A DNA stretch of 64,000 nucleotides from Spirochaetota bacterium (GTDB lineage: Bacteria > Spirochaetota > UBA6919 > CBDBPB01), in the NCBI GenBank assembly GCA_965208615.1, contig CBDBPB010000007.1, positions 192,001 through 256,000 of the forward strand, given 5' to 3'. The position numbers and the translations under genes are program-made. The notes beneath the pieces are model-generated. The model had not been told where the DNA came from and made no database searches. It saw only the letters and a list, made by a program, of their open reading frames with translations. Shown here piece by piece: positions 59,893-64,000 of the stretch. Numbering within the stretch: the first letter of the stretch is position 1; each line of letters begins with the position of its first letter.

Positions 59893-60748
59893 TATTTAGT
59901 TCTTTTAGTTTATCATTAATCTCTCTAAACAGCTTTCTTGAGAGTTCTAATATTGCAGAGGGTTTTTCTTTACTGGCTTTGCCTGAACCAAACAGTCTAC
60001 TAACTATTCTTTTTGACTTAATAAACTCTTCCGCCTGTTTTTCTTGTTCTTTATAGAATATAATTTTAAAGTTTAATAAGCTCGCTAAATATAGCATACC
60101 ATCATATCCAAAATTATTATCGGTATCCGGGCCGTAGGTTTTTATATTATCAAGAAGCTCTTTTCCAGTTTGTGAAAAGTCAACAGCTTGATTGTATAGA
60201 TAGGCCGCTTTACTATAGAACATTTTTTTAATATAGTTATATTTATCATCACCGGTTTTGATGAATAGATCATTTGCTATCCATGCCACTCTCAACGAGG
60301 ATAGCCCGCACTTAAAAGAAGGAGCATGCTTTTTACTAAAAAAGGAATAGCAACTAGAAGATAGTATATAACTTAATAAACCATGTTTTAATGTTCTACT
60401 GTCATTAAAGTCTATATTGGGGAATAGGTTATAGACTAAATTTTCTCTATTATTTCGGTCATTAAAGATATTGCTCTTGATATCTTTAATTGGAATATCA
60501 AAGTCTTCTGGAAAAGCAGAATAATAACACTCAGGACAAACAATTACTGGGTATATTAGTGGATATATTATTCCATATTTTTTATTTTTTTGATAACTTC
60601 TTCTAAGTTCATTATCTAGGTTTCCTGCAATTAGCCTTCCTCTTCCGGTAAATAGTTCTTCTTTATTAAATTGACATTTGCATATTGGACATTCAGTTGC
60701 CTTTTTTTGTCTAAAAGTAATTTTAATATTTTTATCTTCTAATTCCAT
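59879..60748 (-). CDS. DUF2225 family protein
   Basis: CPIC..CPECYYSAF, LFTGRGRLIAG, YGPDTDNNFGYDG; spirochaete-type position next to truA. Confidence 0.85.
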   Translation of the reverse strand: MELEDKNIKITFRQKKATECPICKCQFNKEELFTGRGRLIAGNLDNELRRSYQKNKKYGIIYPLIYPVIVCPECYYSAFPEDFDIPIKDIKSNIFNDRNNRENLVYNLFPNIDFNDSRTLKHGLLSYILSSSCYSFFSKKHAPSFKCGLSSLRVAWIANDLFIKTGDDKYNYIKKMFYSKAAYLYNQAVDFSQTGKELLDNIKTYGPDTDNNFGYDGMLYLASLLNFKIIFYKEQEKQAEEFIKSKRIVSRLFGSGKASKEKPSAILELSRKLFREINDKLKELNIDNA

Positions 60749-60855
60749 AATACACTTCTGTGATATAAATATTTATTATTTTATGTTTTCAAGTGAGTTA
60801 ACACTTGTTATTGCATTACTACTAAGGTTTTGATTAATTATACATCAATTTATTA

Positions 60856-61803
60856 TTAACGAGTTCTTGATCGTCTAAGGGTAATTTTAATTATTTTTGG
60901 TTTAAAGTCAATAATCTCTAGCTTATCTATATCCTGTGGTACTACCTTAAGCTTATAAGTACCCGGTTTATATATTTTTCCCATATCAATATATGCAATA
61001 ATTTGTTTTTTATCAACTTTATTAATATATTTTCCCTGACCCTTATATATAATATAATCAAGCCTAATATTTTTTTTAGTTGTTTCTAATGGCACAAAAC
61101 TACTATTTATAAGTATAACTTTAACATTGTTAATCCGTAACTCTTTTTTATCACCGCCTATTATTACGTTAACCATAATATAATCTGCATTTTTTATTTT
61201 AACATTTTTGGGTAATGGCTTAAATCTTATTTTTCCTTTAAAGTCTTGATGAACCTCTTTTTTTAATAATAGTATAGTATCGACTTTTTTGATTTTGCTA
61301 ATATCCTTTTCAGGACCTCTAATAATAACCTCAGTGGGAGAGTATTTTATTTTAGTGATCTCAAACATTTTTTTAGTGGTAATATTATGTATTAGTTTAA
61401 CAGGTACAGTTTTTTCGATAATTGGCTGAAAATAAATAGTAACCTGTTTTTCATTTGGTATAACGTTAACATCGGTATGTATTTTTTTAATTTCTATGTC
61501 GTATGAATATGTTCCTGGTTTAGCCTCACTAAGGTCAACGTAACAATCAATATCTTGGCTACTTATGGTATTAACAACATCTCTTTTACCTTTTACCTCA
61601 ACTTCTATAATTTTATTGTTAAAGTTAAAATCGCTATAAATATTTTGTGGCTTATTCCTAAAGTCTACTTCTAGTGTAATATGTCTACTTTTTTTATTTA
61701 GGTCATCTACATAAAGCCATAGTCCGATGGCAATAGCGAGTGAGAATAATCTTAAAAACCATTTAGAATATTGACTATTTTTAAACATCTTAGCTTTTCT
61801 CAC
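60856..61803 (-). CDS. cdaR: CdaR/YbbR-like diadenylate cyclase regulator
   Basis: N-terminal TM SLAIAIGLWLYV, repeated YVDLS..PG / PTEVIIRGP modules, downstream of cdaA. Confidence 0.85.
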   Translation of the reverse strand: MRKAKMFKNSQYSKWFLRLFSLAIAIGLWLYVDDLNKKSRHITLEVDFRNKPQNIYSDFNFNNKIIEVEVKGKRDVVNTISSQDIDCYVDLSEAKPGTYSYDIEIKKIHTDVNVIPNEKQVTIYFQPIIEKTVPVKLIHNITTKKMFEITKIKYSPTEVIIRGPEKDISKIKKVDTILLLKKEVHQDFKGKIRFKPLPKNVKIKNADYIMVNVIIGGDKKELRINNVKVILINSSFVPLETTKKNIRLDYIIYKGQGKYINKVDKKQIIAYIDMGKIYKPGTYKLKVVPQDIDKLEIIDFKPKIIKITLRRSRTR

Positions 61804-62686
61804 CTTCTTTTTTAGAAGGTTTATTATTTATTTTACTTATTCTATTTTTTATTCTATTTTTTATTCTATGGAAAAACTTATTTTTTTTATTTTTTAATTC
61901 GTCATCCACTATTTGAGTGGAAAGAAAGTTTTTTAGACTAACTTTAAACTTTTGCGGTTTAAGACCATAATATAACATAGCCTCATGAGCAATGGATACA
62001 TTTCCATTTTCTTCGGATACCACTACAATAACTGAATCAGTCTCTTCAGATAGTCCTATAGCGGCTTTATGTCTTGTACCAAATAGTTTTTGTAAATCTG
62101 TTCTCTCAGTAAGGGGTAAGAGGCATCCAGCCGCAGTAATTCTATCAGTTGAGACAATTACCGCTCCATCGTGTATGGGAGAGGATGGGTTAAAAATAGC
62201 TTCAAGGACTTCAGTGGATAAAATTGAATCAATTTCTATACCTTTTTCTACAATTCCCTGTAGTCCAGTTTTTTTAGTAAATACAATAAGTGCCCCTATA
62301 CGTTTTTCTGAAAACTTATACACTAAAGGAGGTATTATTTGTAATATTTGAGAAATCTCTGGTTCACTACGTCTAAAAATATTACCAACTGCAGTATTCT
62401 CACCAAGTTTCATAATAATTCGTCTAAGTTCGTTTTGAAAAATGATAATTAAGGCAATAGCGGCTACTTCTAGTCCTCTTTCAAAGAGCCATACAAAAGT
62501 ATTAAGCTCTAAAAACTTGCCTATCAAATAGGCCAATAATATAATACCTAATCCCTTTAGAGTTTGTATACTCCTGGTTCTGGCAATGACCTTATAAAGG
62601 GTATATAATATGTATGCAACTATAAAAATATCTACTATAGTTGTAAAATATTGTTTTATATAAAAAAATATAGAGTCTAAATCCAT
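61790..62686 (-). CDS. cdaA: Diadenylate cyclase CdaA
   Basis: Three TMs, FQNELRR, PIHDGAV, GTRHKAAIG, VVSEE. Confidence 0.96.
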   Translation of the reverse strand: MDLDSIFFYIKQYFTTIVDIFIVAYILYTLYKVIARTRSIQTLKGLGIILLAYLIGKFLELNTFVWLFERGLEVAAIALIIIFQNELRRIIMKLGENTAVGNIFRRSEPEISQILQIIPPLVYKFSEKRIGALIVFTKKTGLQGIVEKGIEIDSILSTEVLEAIFNPSSPIHDGAVIVSTDRITAAGCLLPLTERTDLQKLFGTRHKAAIGLSEETDSVIVVVSEENGNVSIAHEAMLYYGLKPQKFKVSLKNFLSTQIVDDELKNKKNKFFHRIKNRIKNRISKINNKPSKKEGEKS

Positions 62687-62717
62687 TTTATAGTTTATCG
62701 TAATCTAATGGTAAAAA

Positions 62718-63611
62718 TTATTTTTCTTTTTTTTCTGTTTTAATAGAATAAGATTTACCATTAGTTTTTAGGTTGATTGTTCCATGAATATCAGTTCTAT
62801 AAACTATAGACTTTAGCGTTTTATATCTACCCAAAACCAAAGGAGAAGGATTATTAATTTTATTTGCCTCACAACTAATAAACACCACTTTTGGACTAAC
62901 CAATTTCAAAAAATCCATAGTGTTTGAGGTATCACTACCCTGATGTGGAGCTTTTATAAATGTTGAACTAAGCTTATCTTTTAACAAAGTGAGTAAATAT
63001 TCTGTTTCTTTTTCTATATCTCCGGTAAAAAGAAAACTAATATCTTTATATATCATTTTAACTACAATAGAGTTTGCATTTGCACTACTATAAGCATTCC
63101 TTATAATTTTATGAGGACTTAATACTTCAAAACTAACATTATCAAAATTAAATATCATCCCTCTTCTAGCGACCCTATACTTAATTTGTTTTTCTTCAAT
63201 CATCTTAAGGGTATTATAATATACTTTAGAGGGATAGGCATATCCAGGGTCAATTATTTTTTTTATTTTTAGCTTTTTTAAAATAGGTATTAAACCGCCA
63301 ATATGGTCGCTATGTGGGTGAGTGATGATATAAAGGTCAATATTTTTAATTTTATGTTTGTTTAAAAAGTAGTGTATGCCTTGTTTTTTTTTAAAAGAAA
63401 AGTAATTATATTTTGATATAGGGCCAGAGTCAATTAATATATTATACTTTTTAAAGATATTTATAAAAATTGCATCACCATTACCCACGTCAACAATATA
63501 TACATTTACTTTTGAGCTATCTACTGGATAGAGCAGATTATTAGAATAGAAAAGTAAAATAACTAATAAAACAAAGGTAAGTTTGTTAGGATAATATAGT
63601 TTATTTAACAT
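62718..63611 (-). CDS. ComEC/Rec2-type metallo-beta-lactamase fold protein
   Basis: DVGNGDA, THPHSDHIGG, LFTGDIE, YRTDIHG; no ComEC membrane domain. Confidence 0.88.
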   Translation of the reverse strand: MLNKLYYPNKLTFVLLVILLFYSNNLLYPVDSSKVNVYIVDVGNGDAIFINIFKKYNILIDSGPISKYNYFSFKKKQGIHYFLNKHKIKNIDLYIITHPHSDHIGGLIPILKKLKIKKIIDPGYAYPSKVYYNTLKMIEEKQIKYRVARRGMIFNFDNVSFEVLSPHKIIRNAYSSANANSIVVKMIYKDISFLFTGDIEKETEYLLTLLKDKLSSTFIKAPHQGSDTSNTMDFLKLVSPKVVFISCEANKINNPSPLVLGRYKTLKSIVYRTDIHGTINLKTNGKSYSIKTEKKEK

Positions 63612-63614
63612 GGC

Positions 63615-64000
63615 TTAGTATAGGGGTATATCTAGGGTGAATAGTACTTTCATTTTGTTCCAATCGAGTTCTGAGAATGATATAGCTAAGTCAAACTTAA
63701 GTTTAACTATTTTAAGAGTAAGCCCTACACCAACATCGCCTCCACCATAGCCTAAATTTATATATAGTTCATTGGGATATTCTTTTGGAGGTTTTAAAAT
63801 ACTTGCCAGATTCTGGTTATCCTTAATTTTTTTTATAGAGTAGTCCATCTTACCCTTTCCTTGCCAGACTCTAAAATATCCTCCTATTCTAAAGATAGCG
63901 CTAGTACTATTGCTGAGATTTTTATCTACTTGAAGGCTAACCTTCCAAGAATCGGATATACTAGTAGATACACCAACTTTTAAAATTCTATCATAATGTA
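63615..64000 (-). CDS. C-terminal part of a putative outer-membrane beta-barrel protein, starts beyond the right edge
   Basis: Frame is open from the window edge (HYDRILKVGVSTSISDSWKVSLQVDK...) into the listed 77-aa ORF; amphipathic strands and terminal aromatic residue. Confidence 0.55.
   Translation of the reverse strand, partial: HYDRILKVGVSTSISDSWKVSLQVDKNLSNSTSAIFRIGGYFRVWQGKGKMDYSIKKIKDNQNLASILKPPKEYPNELYINLGYGGGDVGVGLTLKIVKLKFDLAISFSELDWNKMKVLFTLDIPLY

Noticed and set aside
1622-62351. Numerous 60-150 aa ORFs antisense to or inside larger genes (e.g. 1622..1918, 36522..36965, 37711..38070, 47311..47646, 61992..62351)
   Set aside because: Overlap well-supported genes and show no motifs or RBS; shadow ORFs

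Overview
AT-rich (~30% GC by eye) bacterial chromosomal window, most likely from a spirochaete. The inference rests on cdaA-cdaR-DUF2225-truA and rpsF-ssb-rpsR-rplI-dnaB synteny, a Maf-type flagellar protein and spirochaete-like lipoproteins. Housekeeping content: PBP1A, ABC-F ATPase, mlaE, dnaB/rplI/rpsR/ssb/rpsF with an S6:S18 leader, rpiB, aroE, two CAT-anticodon tRNAs, a polyprenyl synthase, recJ, cheW-cheR-cheB-cheA, pyrK, alr, ilvD, FKBP, a partial cobalamin cluster, ispE, truA, cdaR/cdaA. No CRISPR array or mobile element was seen. The most notable observations: (1) an operon of an unusual multi-HTH ECF-type sigma factor with an internal in-frame RBS/ATG, a TPR-CHAT caspase-family protease and a lipoprotein, a candidate protease-gated sigma system outside CRISPR; (2) a strongly promoted operon of secreted proteins built from three copies of a HEAT-like domain I do not recognise, with a structured intergenic RNA; (3) a compact class-II-like cobalamin riboswitch whose controlled RBS starts an 18-aa leader ORF ending Arg-Leu-Pro-stop rather than cbiM; (4) an APH-family kinase embedded in the B12 operon as a candidate non-orthologous threonine kinase; (5) a CheA-CheC fusion; (6) a sigma54-type promoter with tandem palindromes ahead of a small Zn-finger gene. 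The many frameshifts at 19.8-26.5 kb are probably sequencing errors. All domain calls come from motif recognition by eye; no searches were run.
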